Below are positions 51,872 to 64,000 of a stretch of DNA of 64,000 bases, piece by piece. Both the position numbers and the translations under genes were made by a program. Each line of letters begins with the position of its first letter. The first letter of the stretch is position 1. The notes below the pieces were generated by a model. It had not been told where the DNA came from, did no database searches, and saw nothing but the letters and a program-made list of their open reading frames with translations. Source of the DNA: Sphyrna mokarran (lineage: Eukaryota); contig JAGIQG010000006.1 of NCBI GenBank assembly GCA_024679065.1, positions 72,354,001 to 72,418,000 on the forward strand, given 5' to 3'.

Positions 51872-52384
51872 CAGGAGCTGTCAGTTTCACTAGGATGAGC
51901 CCCTTACCTTCTTTCATAACTCCCAGCTGAAACCTCTTTGAAATGCATTGATGGACAAGAGCATTAAGTTTTACTAGGGAGATCCCCGTTTCTAGCTTGA
52001 ATGAGCCCCAGCAATTCTAAAAGAACTACTTTGCTTGACAACTCTAGAGCAAATCAAAGAAAGGATTAGCTGAGGTCTGTTTACACAAGGAATTGATGAT
52101 ACGTTAGCTGCTAATAGCTTTTTTCACTGATGGCTTCAGAGCATATCAAAGAGTTCATTGCTATTACAGTCACGTCATGCTCCATTAAGTCTGAAGTGCT
52201 TCCTCTTTTCACTTCACCTTTCAGTCTGGCTCCTTTTTTTTAACAAGTCTCCAACTATTCGTAGAAAGTAGATACACTTTCTAATGCCATTTTGTTCCCA
52301 TTGGCTTTCTTTCTTGCCCGCAAAGCATCTCACTGAACTCGCAAACTTCATATAACCATTCTTTTCTCCTGCTGTTTCTTTTTT

Positions 52385-52772
52385 AACTTTGCCAAGCTTC
52401 AAGATTGGATAGGTTGGGAATTTCATGTTTGAGATAGAGGAGGTTGAGGGAAGATTTAACTGAAATATGTAAAATATTCAGGGGAGCTTGACAGAGTGGA
52501 TATGGAAGGATCTATTTCTACAAGCAGAGAAGTCACTAGGGTATAGCTTAAAAGTTATAGGGTGAAGGATTAAAGGAGAGTTGAGGGGAAATTATTTTAA
52601 CCTGAGCATGTGGGCGGGTTAGGGGCAAAAAGGTTCCAAAACATGTAACATTTGGTTAACCTGCTAGAAGTACCATAATCTATGGGACTACAGCGAAGAG
52701 CTGAAAAATGAATCTCTTTCAGCCAGCAGATATCTGATGGGCTGAATGGTCATCTCCTCCGTTACTATTTTC
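52385..52772 (+). mobile_element. Old CR1 3' end
   Basis: RRRLREDLTEICKI-like frame; ends gatgggctgaatggtcatctcc. Confidence 0.78.
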
Positions 52773-53974
52773 TATAAATCTGTAGCCAGTCTCCTCATGT
52801 TGCCCAATGAGGCACTCAAAAGGACCATTCTCAAAAGTTCAATAAGACATCCAAATAATTCTGCCATTGACATGTGAGGTAAGGATGCAGAATCTTGTCC
52901 ATTTGAACATTGGCTCTTAGGAGTTTCACAAGTTTGTTGTGGCTTCCTTGGATTTGAAACTGCAGATAGAGTTATGTCAATATCATACTCAAACATGCCA
53001 GATTCTATATGCGAAGACTGTTAATTGAATCATGATAGTCTTTCTACATGATTTGCTTTCTCTTCATCAACATTTGCTTCTTTGAACTGTTAATATTTTA
53101 ATGTAATTCATTAGCACTCTGGAACATCATGAAGAGCTGTATGATAAGTGTGATGCAAGAACATAAGTCTTTTTATGCTGTTTTCTCATCATATTTAGCA
53201 TCTGTTAGTGAGATGATAGGCAGTTGGTCACTAGAAGGAATGCAAGATGTTGTGTAGTATTGGGGTAACTCTTCTCCTCTGTGCAAGAAGTGTTTACCTT
53301 CTAATGATTAGATTAGACAGGAAACTCATGAGGCTTTATACGTTCTCATCTGTACTTCTCTATTTTATTGTATTCAAATTCAAAACTCTAATGCAGTGGT
53401 TTCCAGCTGCTGTGCTGTGCCGTGGGAAGCTTGCAAGTGTGCTGTGGCCTGCTGCTGAAATATTTTTGTGAGTGCAACACTGGCAGTGGGGACTGGAAGG
53501 ACACCCTATGGACTGACTGTCAGGTATGTCAAATAAAAGCAGCTGAATGATCCAGATTCGCTTCCAACTTCCAAATGGTTAAACCGATTGATCCTAGTGC
53601 ATTGGAAGCGACGCAAGTCAGAGAGTCAACCACACACAGAAATGTTAGTCTGACTGAGTGCTAGCTGGCATTTGACAGGAATCAAAGAGTGGAGGTAAAT
53701 GGGTGTTTTTCTGATTGGTGATCAGTTGCCTCAGGAAATCCCTGCAGGAAAGGCATGGAGTGTCTCTCATTAAATAGTAAATTGGTCCAAAGTAACTCAT
53801 GTCAACATCAATCTAATAATTAGACAGGATTTATGCCGCAATTTCTTTCTCTTTTCATGTTTAAAGTCTTTAAGATTTGAGATTTTGAGTTTTATGGTTC
53901 AAAATTGGTACAGCTCTTGTGAGAATTTAGGCATATATTAGCTATGCAAGATTTACATTCATGCTTAAATAATT

Positions 53975-54280
53975 TAAGATTAAGTTTATTTATTAGCATC
54001 ACAGGAAGGCTTACATTAAACTGCAATGAAGTTACAGTGACAATCCCTGAGTCACCACACTATAGCATCTGTTTGGATACACTAAGGGAGAATTTAGCAT
54101 GTCCAGTGCACCCAACCAGCACGTCTTCCAGACTGTGGGAGGAAACCAGACTACCCGGAGGAAGCCCATGCAGAAATGGGGAGAAAGTGCAAACTCCACA
54201 TAGATAGTGAACCAAGTGAGGAATTGAAACCGAGTCCCTATTGTTGCGAGGCTGCAGTGCTAACCATTGTACCACCATGC
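53975..54280 (-). mobile_element. HE1-like V-SINE with an alternative (non-HER1) 3' tail
   Basis: Head/V-domain as HE1; tail ...tgtggtgactcagggattgtcactgtaacttcattgcagtttaatgtaagcc...aataaataaactt. Confidence 0.82.
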
Positions 54281-54419
54281 TGTCTACATAACCAGATTCA
54301 GGATGGACAATTTCTGCAGCGTTTCCCCAATCTCTGACTTCAATGAAAGAGCAGGAGCGACTGTGGAGAAACAACATAAATATCAATTTTTAAATATATT
54401 CTGTTTTCATATTCTCCCT

Positions 54420-55020
54420 ATCAAAATAAATAATTTCACATGATACCCCATTTGCTATCTTTTTGCCACTCACTTAACCTGCCTCTATCCTTTTGCAAAT
54501 GCTTTCACCCCCTACACAGCTTGCTTTCTCACATTACTTTGTACTTTCAATAAGGATTGAATAGATTATATTTGGTCTCTCCAGCTAAATCATTAATTTA
54601 GATTGCTGAGGATTGAGTACTAATCCTTTCCACACTTTATTGACACCTGTCAACCTGACCCGTTATTCTTATAATAAAAACAAAAAGTGCTCAGCAGGTT
54701 TGGAGTGAAAAATGTAATGTTTTGTTAATGCTTTGATTCTTTGGAGCTTTTATTCCTATTGTGTATTCCATTTGTTCCTGTTCTGTTATTTAACCAAACC
54801 TCTACATATGTTAATACATTACCCCCAACTGCTTGAGCCTTTTTGTGTGACCCTTTCATGTGGTACTTCATCAATTCCTTTTGAAAATCCAAACATGTTA
54901 CACCCACTAGTTCCCTTTATCTACATTGCTGGTTACATTCTCAAAACCCTACCAGTCAAACACAGTTTCCTTTGGCAAAAGTATGTTGGCTTTGTCCAAT
55001 CGTATTATGATTTTCTAAAT
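54420..55020 (-). mobile_element. Decayed CR1 RT fragment
   Basis: MGVTCLDFQKELMKYH ([12 protein letters not shown]), GNVLTYVEVWLNNR. Confidence 0.75.
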
Positions 55021-55799
55021 AACCATTACTGCAATACAGTGACGCAAATCTGGCATTCCAAAGATTGAGGTGTCCAAAAACTGGACAATTTAGAATGTGC
55101 CATGCAGCAAATTTAATTGAGTCAATTAAAAAAAATGTTCCTGGACGATTTGGCTGGTAGCTGCAGTGGCACTTTGTGGTGCCTGAACAGTTATCCTCTT
55201 TGCCCCTTCTACATTAGTCTGTGTCCATGCTTAAAGCAACCCATGACCCCACCTAATCCTAACTTGACCAATCCAATCGAAGATGTATCAAGATCTGAAA
55301 TCCACTTGGCTTCGATCCCAAGATTGTCGACCTTGAAACATTATACCTGTACTTCCTCAGTTAAGGGGTTTAAACATTTTCTTATTGAGAGATGGCAGGC
55401 TAACTGCCTATAGTTCTCCATTGGAGGGTAATGGATCGGCATTCTTGTCACTCCCTATGTAAGGACCCAGAGGCTTCTGGGGAAGTCCTGGAGAAGAATC
55501 CCAGCCATCAGTCGCATCTACCATCAGATCATGATGTTTTTTGAACAGTCTCTAACAAACAACAACTTTCAAGAACACTCTAACTTTAGTGAACTCCCAT
55601 ATAATCAACAAGTGCACCAACCTGTGCTTCAGTGGTGATCTCACTGTCCTACACCAGGTTGATGAGGAGGCTACCAGCTGGCTAAAAAATTTTAAATTTG
55701 ACATCTAGCTGTTCACCAGAGCAAACAATAGTAATAGTAGTTCCTTGCTTTTTCACTCTCTTTATCCTTGAGCAAGGGTATTTTGTTTGCTATCTTTTT

Positions 55800-56310
55800 A
55801 TCTGCTCAGACCATTATAAAATCTAGGGAATTTAAGAAGATCACAATCAATACATTTATTTTCTCTACCGTCACATTTTTTGGAATTCTAGGACATAGGC
55901 CATTAGATGCAGGGACTTATTAGCTTTTAGTCCCCATCGTTTCTTCTGTGTTTTTTTCATTTCTGATGTTAATTACTGTAAATTCCTCACTCTCATTAGA
56001 TCTTTGGACCTTACTATTTCTAGTATGATTGTTGTGTCTTCAACCATAATGATAGATGCAAAATATTTGTATATTGAACTTTTTTTATTCTCTATAATAA
56101 TTTCTCCTGTGTCAACCTTTAAAGAACTTATATTTAGTTTTGATACTTTTTACACCCTATAAATCCTTCCAATTTGTTTTCATACACTTTACTCTCATGT
56201 TACTTTTTCCTTCTGTATCAAATTTAGGTCAACTTTCTCTGGTTTCCAAAACTCTCCTAATCCTCAGATTTATTAACTTTCTTGCTGACATTTATTCACT
56301 TATTTAACCT
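55800..56310 (-). mobile_element. Highly decayed CR1 fragment
   Basis: Pyrimidine-rich plus strand similar to 7500-7880 (gatgcaggg.cttattagc..., tataataatttctcctg). Confidence 0.5.
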
Positions 56311-56679
56311 ATTAATATTAATGACACTCACCTGAATTTCCCTGGGAATTTCCCTGCTCCTCAGGTACATGCCTATGAAGACTAGTTGTAATTCATGTCA
56401 TTCTGCCATCATGGTGCTGGAAGATTCTGGTGTCTGGGCCTGATAATTATTTGTTAGTTTATTATAATGATGAATGTCATTGATCATTGGTAAATGCTGG
56501 TGAGGGGGAGGGGACAATCAGATAATAATTTTATGCGACGTAAAATGTGGCATTGCACTCATCACAATACTTGCCACTCCTGTCACCAAATCTTCCTGAT
56601 GTAAACAGAGAATTCTTGCTATTGACTAGTGGGCCTAGATATTTCAAGAGATGTCAGCCATCATCAGGTATTATTAAAG

Positions 56680-58245
56680 AAGTCTTAATAATGAACTATA
56701 AAAGCATTGTATGATTAGGACAAGTCAAAGAAAGAGAAACCCTATTTGACAATTTTTTCTGAGTTTTTTTGAGGATGTAGCTAGTGGGGCAGATAAAGGG
56801 GAACCAGTAGATGTAGTATACCTACATTTCCATAAGATATTTAATAAGGTACCACACAAAATGTTAGTAGCCAGAAGAAGGGCTAATGGAATTGTGGGGA
56901 ATATTTTAGCATGGGTAGAGGATTGGTTAACAGATAAAAAGCAGAGAATGGGTAAAAACTGAGATTTTGAAGTCGGGAGGCATGATCAATGGACTGCTGC
57001 ATGGATTAATGACAACTTTTACGACCTATATTAATTACTTTAATTAAAGAGATAGTTGAGTATCAAAGTTTGTTCATGATACCAGGCTAGGTGGAGTACT
57101 ATGGGCAATTTTTTGCTCCACCTTTAAGGAAAGATATAATTGATTGGAGATGTGGTACAGCAAATGTTCACTAAGCTGATCTCTGGGCTGAAAGGGTTAT
57201 TTTAATGATGAGAGACTGAGTAAATTGGGCTTATATACTCTGGAGCTTATGAGAATGAGAAGCAATCTCAATGGAGAGAACACAGAGAAGCAGCAAAGAG
57301 AAGTACTGAATTAGCAGCAATGTGAAGGATGGAGTGTAATGTAGGAAGTGTGGACATATTCACTTCAACATTCTAGAAAAGCAGAATATATTTTAAAAAG
57401 ATGTGAAACTTGTACATGTTGATGGTCAAAGAAAATTAGGTATGCAAGGAATACAAAAGGTTAGTGTGCAGGTGCAACAGACAGTTAGGAAGCCAATGGA
57501 ATGTTGGCCTTTATTTCAAGGAGATTGGAATAGTAGATTAAAGCAGTCTGCCTACAACTGTGCAGGGCTTTGGTGAGATCATGGCTGGAGTTCTCCACTG
57601 CCAGCAAGAATGGAGAATTTGGCAATCAGCCAAAACTCCATTCAATGCCACAGGACTGGTGAATCCTAACCGTTGCAAGATTACAGAATACCAGCCCACA
57701 TCTGGAGTACTATGAGCACTTTTTCTCTCCACATTTCGGAAAAAATTTAATTGATTGGCGATATGGTACAGCAAATGTTCACTAAGCTGATCTCTGGGCT
57801 GAAGGGGTTGTTTTATGATGAGAGACTGAGTAAGTTGGGCTTATATACTCTGGAGCTTATAAGAAAGAGAAGCAATCTCATTGAAACCTACAAATTTGTA
57901 AAGGGTTTTGAGAGGGTAGATGCTGTGGGATTTTTTCCGCTGATTGAATTGTCAAAAACATGGAGTCATAATCTCAAGGTGAGGAGCTGATCATTTAGGA
58001 CTAGGATGAGAAGAAATGTCTTCACTGAAAAGAGTTGTGGATGTTTGGAATTCTCTACATAGAGGGCAGAAATCCTTCATCATTGAATACATTTAATGTT
58101 GGGTAGGCAGATTTTTGAGGAAGTAAGGAATATATGGAGATTGTGGGTAAATGGAGTTGAAACCAAGATTAACCATGATCATATTAAATGGTGGAGTAGG
58201 CTCGACAGGCCATGTGGTCTACTGTTCCTATCTCTTGTGTCCTAG
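56680..58245 (+). mobile_element. CR1/HER1 LINE 3' half with internal duplication and MITE insertion
   Basis: [60 protein letters not shown]1 3' UTR. Confidence 0.9.
57582..57697. mobile_element. ~115-bp MITE (Harbinger-like TIRs)
   Basis: ggctggagttct ... agaataccagcc; interrupts the CR1 LVR.HLEY codons; homologous to 63168-63303. Confidence 0.75.
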
Positions 58246-59242
58246 TCCACCATAACCCTTATTTTAAACTGAGGTTTATTCTATTAACATACAGCATTGT
58301 ACAGTTTTTGCCTCTATATAATTTATAGCTGTTGCAATGTGACTTGATACGGACAACTTGCCCCAGGCATTCAACACTTGATACAATCGAAAGGAATTAA
58401 TTCACAGAACTCATAGTTGCTAGCTCTGAGCAAGGGTTCAATACTCAAAGCATCAACTTGTGCTCACTTACCTGTTGGATGACCTCTGTGCTTACTGTTT
58501 TTGTTTTTAATATGTAGCTGCCTACAATTTAATGACCCTGTCAGTACTGTCATTTCTTTTGTTTCCTGTGGTTTTAAAGTGAGTCCATGGTGAAGTTTCT
58601 GTTCGTGGCAATGATATGTAACAAGGAAAATATTATTATAACTCCTATTACTTTCTCTGAAGCATATTATTCAGGGCCCTTGAGTAGTTCAAACACTTGT
58701 GGAACCTGTACCTCTGTGTCTGTTCCTTTTGGGGCTGTGCAAATATGTCATCAATGAAGACTGCACAATATATTCTGTAACCACAAAGGAGCTTTTTCTT
58801 CATTTGTAAAATAAATATTTCATATCTGACATCTCCAGATTGTAGGCATCATGCAAGAAAATGGGCATCAATATACATTCCTTTCTGCTGGGGGTAATAT
58901 ACGATTTGCACGTTGATGGAATAATAGTCCTACCGATTGAAATATGCTATCGAACTGTCGATCAACACTTGGATGGCTACCTGTAAATCCGTGGGAAGTA
59001 GCTAGCATCTGTAACAAAAGAATCTTTTTCCTTCACTTCAGCTGCTGGTGATTTCTGTTGATGTATGTGGGTGGTGCACAGCAAAACAGATTGTCTGTTA
59101 ACTATTGAAATCTGTCATGCCTGACTCTTGTGACATCATTTTTGTGCTTCTGGTACGCATTCTGGTGTTAATGAAGAAGGATGCAATGATTTTCAGTATT
59201 GCTCATAGTGCATTTCAAGTGATTGACTAACTGTCTTTGTAG

Positions 59243-59328
59243 GTCTTTCTGAACTAGATAGCGCACTTCAGTCACAACCACCTTGCTGAGCCTAAGAGTA
59301 TCATGCACTCGTGCTCCACAATGACCAG
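59243..59328 (+). other. Candidate spliced exon (non-coding or 5'UTR/first-coding, MHSCSTMT...)
   Basis: Branch-point-like gactaac, ctgtctttgtAG acceptor, CAG|gtaaat donor; lies in a TE-poor region. Confidence 0.35.
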
Positions 59329-62300
59329 GTAAATGACTTTTGCTCTGGATCTGCTACCAAGGATAATGCTCAGTGGAGTTGTATGCCTCCTATGTCTTCT
59401 ACATTTCCAAATCATCTTACCATCCAGCTTTTGCTATTGAGAAGCATCTGAAAATTGCTGTTAAGTTATTGGATGTGGCTGAAAATTCTTTTATACAATT
59501 GTCTTTGATAATGCTCGTTTATCGACACAGCATTTTCCCTTGCTTCATACAGGTAACCAACCTTAGTTCAATTATTGTTTATATCTCTCCCAGTGTGATT
59601 TTCTCTAAATAGGGTATTTCTCAACCCATTTCAGGTTGCAAATCAGATGTAGTAACACTGATAATGAATGAAAATGTTACCATTTTCTGCTAGTGCTAAT
59701 CATCCATATCCACACATCTACTTTTTCAATCAAATTACAATCAGAGAAATATATACATTGGGGAAGACTATTTGCTATTTATAGTAAAATTGTAAATGGT
59801 TACATAAAAAGAAACATGTTTCTGATTTTATTGTAAATAATAAGCAGAGGCAATTTTCTCACTTGGTTGTTAAAGAAGAAAAATCCCAGAAAAGAAAACA
59901 TCGGCATATTCAGCTTCACCAGAAAGATGAATTTCTAAAGACTTTAAAGAGCTTTAATTTCTCACCCATCATGTTAAATTATCCTGTTTACCCCGAACAT
60001 CATGTTCAGGTGCCATTATAGCATTAAATTGCCATATTGTTCGAAAAAGGAAAATTATTTTGAGTTAATGCCCTTCTATGGCACTAAGCCTTCATTTTAT
60101 ACTTCTGGAAAACAGGAGAACAAAAGCTTGATAAGTGGTTTTGATAGCAATAGCCACCATTCAGTTCAGAGAACATGTATTGAAAGTGCTTCTGCTATTA
60201 ACTGGTAGCCAACAATAAATGCAAAAGGAAGTTTAATTGTCTGTATCCAGCTGCACCTTGTAATTTTGTCCGCTCTGATTTAAAAATGTATTTAAAGTGC
60301 ACTTTAATGGGCACAGTTCCTTTGAAGGTGAGGCATACATTTAGAAATGCAGGTTTTAACATTTTTGAAAACAGAATTGTGTTGAGGAAGTATTATGCAG
60401 AGCAACAATTTTGTGTATTCTTATAATGCATCAAGAAATGTGGAGAGCTTTCAGATGTAATTATATCTGAGATTGAAAAAAGGTTTTGTGGAGTGAGAGC
60501 TTTCACTCTGTTACTGTTTTATATGTTTTACACATCCTTTTTTTAAGTGTTAGCTTTCAGACTTTTTAATATCCTCTAGGGAGCAATTATTGTGTGTTAT
60601 CTATCAGATTATGGACAGAGCTAAGACTGGATTGCAATCTTAAATTGATAAAATACTGCAAAATATGCACCAAAAGGGGAATGCACACAAGAGTAGCAAA
60701 GAAATCCACTAAATTACTCAAAGGTAAGTTAATGCCCTCATTTCAATCAGGCGTTTGAGTTTTCTGTATTGATAGGGTGCATCAGAGATCGGTTGATACC
60801 CTTCACAATTCATCAAAAGTAAACTATAAATTGAAAAAGTGGCTGGAACCATTATGATTGTCAATTTAGGTCCCTTGAAAGGGCGAATGTTTTACCAGAA
60901 CATGAGAAAATTGATTTATAATGTAACATTTACTTGCCTAATCTAAAAATGATTAAATTGTCATTAATGTGCCTAAAGATTGCATAAAGCTAGAGATGTG
61001 CATGTTATGAATTGCCTTCATGTAAATTTATCAACAATGGGCTTAGAGAAATGTATCATAAATAAGAATTTCATTGCAGGAATATAAAGCACAGGATCTG
61101 TGAGAGAATCTATTTGGCACTATATCTTATAAGAGAAAACTTATGAAATTTAAATATGTTCTTACCTATCTAAGAGCAACCTTTAAAAGAAATTAATTAA
61201 AATCTATTAATATTTTTAAAAAAATCAGTAACTATTAAACAATGACTTATTAAAGAATTATAAAACTTCATTATTTCTATATTGTTGCCAAAATCTCTAT
61301 TTAAATGGCCAATAGCTAGGCACAGTCACACTGAGGTGGTATACACTAGTTACTCTTGCCATTTATGGAGAATGCAGATTCACAAGCAAGTGCACAATTT
61401 AAATATACAAATGACTAGAACTGCATCTCGATGAGTCACCTGCCTGAAAAAGTCATGAAATGTGGCATTGCTGGTCTATCTCAGAGTGAAGGCTAGAGAC
61501 AAGTACAATGATGCCATCCTCCTTCTCAAAAGAACACAAACATATCTTCAACCCTTTGTAGCGTCCCAGTTGTATCAATTTTTAAAAAGTTACTAGTCTC
61601 TTTGGGTTCAGGACATGGTTTTTAAGCTGGATCTCGATGGTGAGCCAAAAGGGGAGCCATAGAAGAGGTCAGTCTATAGTTTTCTTTTTAGAGGTAATAG
61701 CCTCTGAAGAGGAACTAGGATTCAGACACTGGGGAAATGGGGATCCCCACCTTGTCCAGTCAATGATGTTATTGTGGCCAATGGCGGCTGACTCTAAAGA
61801 AAAGTGACAGTAATCTCTGTAAAAATTAATGCTTGAGACAGCTGAATTATGGAATAGTTTGAAATTCATTTTGCTGAATTACTAAGGATTTTCAGTCCCT
61901 CAATGTCTCTGCGTAAAAAAACTAAATTCAAAAATTGCGCTTCCAGTGGGGTGCAGAAGTAGGACAGGAGGCGGGTGAGCCCACATCTTCTCACAATTGG
62001 TCAACCATCTGCCACCATAGTCTCGTCACCGGACAGTTTTCACTGATCCTTGATTAAGTGAATGATGGCTATTTGTCTGCCAATAGTGAGTAGTCAATCA
62101 GACCAAATAATTTGTCTACTGAGGATGCTTATGTGGAATCTTTCAAGTGGCAGGTGTGTCTTCCACTGAAGCTAAAGCCCAGCCAATAAATTCAGATGGG
62201 TTCAAATGCCAGACTGGTAGCTATCAAAATGTCATTGAATTTAACCACCCTCGACATGTGCACACATACACCCATACACAGCCTCAATTGCCAAAAGGCC

Positions 62301-62764
62301 AAAACTGCAATGACAGATCTTCCTGTGGAATGCTTCCCCTTGCACAATGACAGTCTATGGTTACACTTTACTTTTATTCCTTGAATACCCTTTATTCGGA
62401 AGGAGCCTCCATCCTGAGACAGACCTACATCAACAGCATCCTCCTCTGAGAGTAGGATTGCTGATCTTGCAGTCTGAAAAGCCTTCAATGTCCCCCCAGA
62501 TTCAAGAGCCCAGTCTCCATCCTTAATTGGCTGCCTTGTCTAAAATCATTCTCCAGTTGTTCGCATTGACTTTTGTGGGTTCCCAACCTGCATTTCCACC
62601 CAACAGTAAGATCTGGACCTGGCAACAAAAATTCAACTTGATTTCTCATTCCTTCAGATATTTCAGTACCAAAACATAGATGGTGTTCCCCAACTTGTTA
62701 CTCTTTTTATATTAAAACATTTAATAGGGGACAATAACAATAGTAAAGAGTAAGAAGAGCAAAT

Positions 62765-63050
62765 TGGAACATAGATATAGGACGAGGCCATTTTGACTCT
62801 CAAACCATCTAATGATAACATGGTTGATCTGTGACCTAAATCTAAGTATCTATCTTTGTCCCAAATATTTTAATACCTCTTGTTAACAAAAACTTATCTC
62901 AGTTTTAAAATTAACAGTTAATTTCGCATCACTTACTATTTGTGAAGAACATTCCAAATTTCCACCATTTATTACATGTAGAAGTGTTTCCCAATTCTAC
63001 TCCCGGAGGTCTGACTCCAATTTTTGATTGACCCCCTAGACTTAAATTAG
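62765..63050 (-). mobile_element. CR1 3' end fragment
   Basis: catagatataggacgaggccatt...catggttgatctg...acattccaaatttcc. Confidence 0.72.
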
Positions 63051-63167
63051 ATTAAATTCAAGGATATTAGAGCCATCAATAGGGAACCAGAACAACACAA
63101 GCACAATGGAAAAACATTGCTCCAAAAATGTATAAACCATTCATTGTCTCTTTGTTTGGAAACTATA

Positions 63168-63303
63168 TGCCGGAATTCTCCAATCTTGCACATCCTACTA
63201 CTGTTACCAATGAGAACAGAGAATTTGGCACTCAGCCACATCACCATTCACAGCAGCAGGACTGGAGGATCCCAGGTGCAGGCGAGGTTAGAGAATTACG
63301 GCC
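63168..63303. mobile_element. ~135-bp MITE, same family as 57582-57697
   Basis: gccggaattctc ... gagaattacggc; flanked by ata/ata; shared core gagaatttggca.tcagcca...ccattca....caggactgg. Confidence 0.78.
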
Positions 63304-64000
63304 ATAGGCCAGATTTTCAAATTGCAACTGGCATAAAACCAGCACTAAATTCATGGAAATTGTAAATGCAGTTTCCATGACAGGTGATCAATGCACAATG
63401 CCATTTCTAGGCTCAGGAAGTAAGTTACCCCATCACAAATTTGTGAGACTAAAAACCAAGCATGTGATTGATTAAAAGACAATCTGCAGTAAATTCTAAT
63501 GACAACAAATGAATTTTGCAGATATCTCCCTTGGTTTGCTGCTCACAATTCTTCTACTTCTAATAGAAGCCCTGCCAATTAAGATGATGAATTCTAAGAG
63601 TGTTTGTTTATCTTTTTCTGCCAATACAAAAGTTGTCACAGTGATACTGTCAAATAACGCTAAAGATTTTCTTCTTTAATAATTGCAGTAATAGTAACTT
63701 TAGTGTGTGGGATTGTATTTCTGAAAGAATCTTTCTTCAATATGTTGTTAGCAAGACATGACAAATGACAACTGTATAGCCGTTAGCAACTGTGCACTGT
63801 AATTATTTTAACCCACTCAACAGTCATCTTCTAAAAGGTTTGCAACATGCTAACATTGTAACACAACTGTATAATTTATTTATTTTGAATTTTCTTTTCT
63901 TCGCTTATGAGACATTCAAATTCCTCCAGTCGATACATTTAAAATAAAAATGGATCAAAAGATTGTGCGAGTAGGTTTATGAGGGAAATATTTGCCAATT

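Overview
AT-rich vertebrate genomic DNA, most likely an elasmobranch (shark or ray). The repeat inventory is HE1-like V-SINEs, HER1/CR1 LINEs, Deu-domain SINEs and shark-type Penelope ends. I recognise no host protein-coding exon, so this looks like a very long intron or an intergenic region. Much of the window is a layered transposon fossil record: many CR1 fragments (one young, with an intact 3' ORF2 frame at 49586-50606); a second CR1-group LINE family with a SINE sharing its tail; L2 and Rex1/Babar pieces; three Gypsy remnants; a solo LTR with a 4-bp TSD; and two decayed PIF/Harbinger elements plus many MITE-like derivatives. One Harbinger has a near-complete HARBI1-like transposase; the other has a transposase C-terminus facing a spliced Myb/SANT gene. 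The most striking signal is three tiny, TSD-flanked, fold-back Penelope-derived elements (5389-5511, 22082-22344, 43486-43624) with the same 'inverted arm + unpaired tail' design. Related to these are minimal hammerhead-ribozyme motifs and an inverted GIY-YIG fragment (13144-13405). TE-poor islands carry plus-strand splice signals, including a strong AG|GT recursive-splice-like site at 445-452. Family names come from motif recognition by eye, not database searches, and boundaries of old repeats are approximate.
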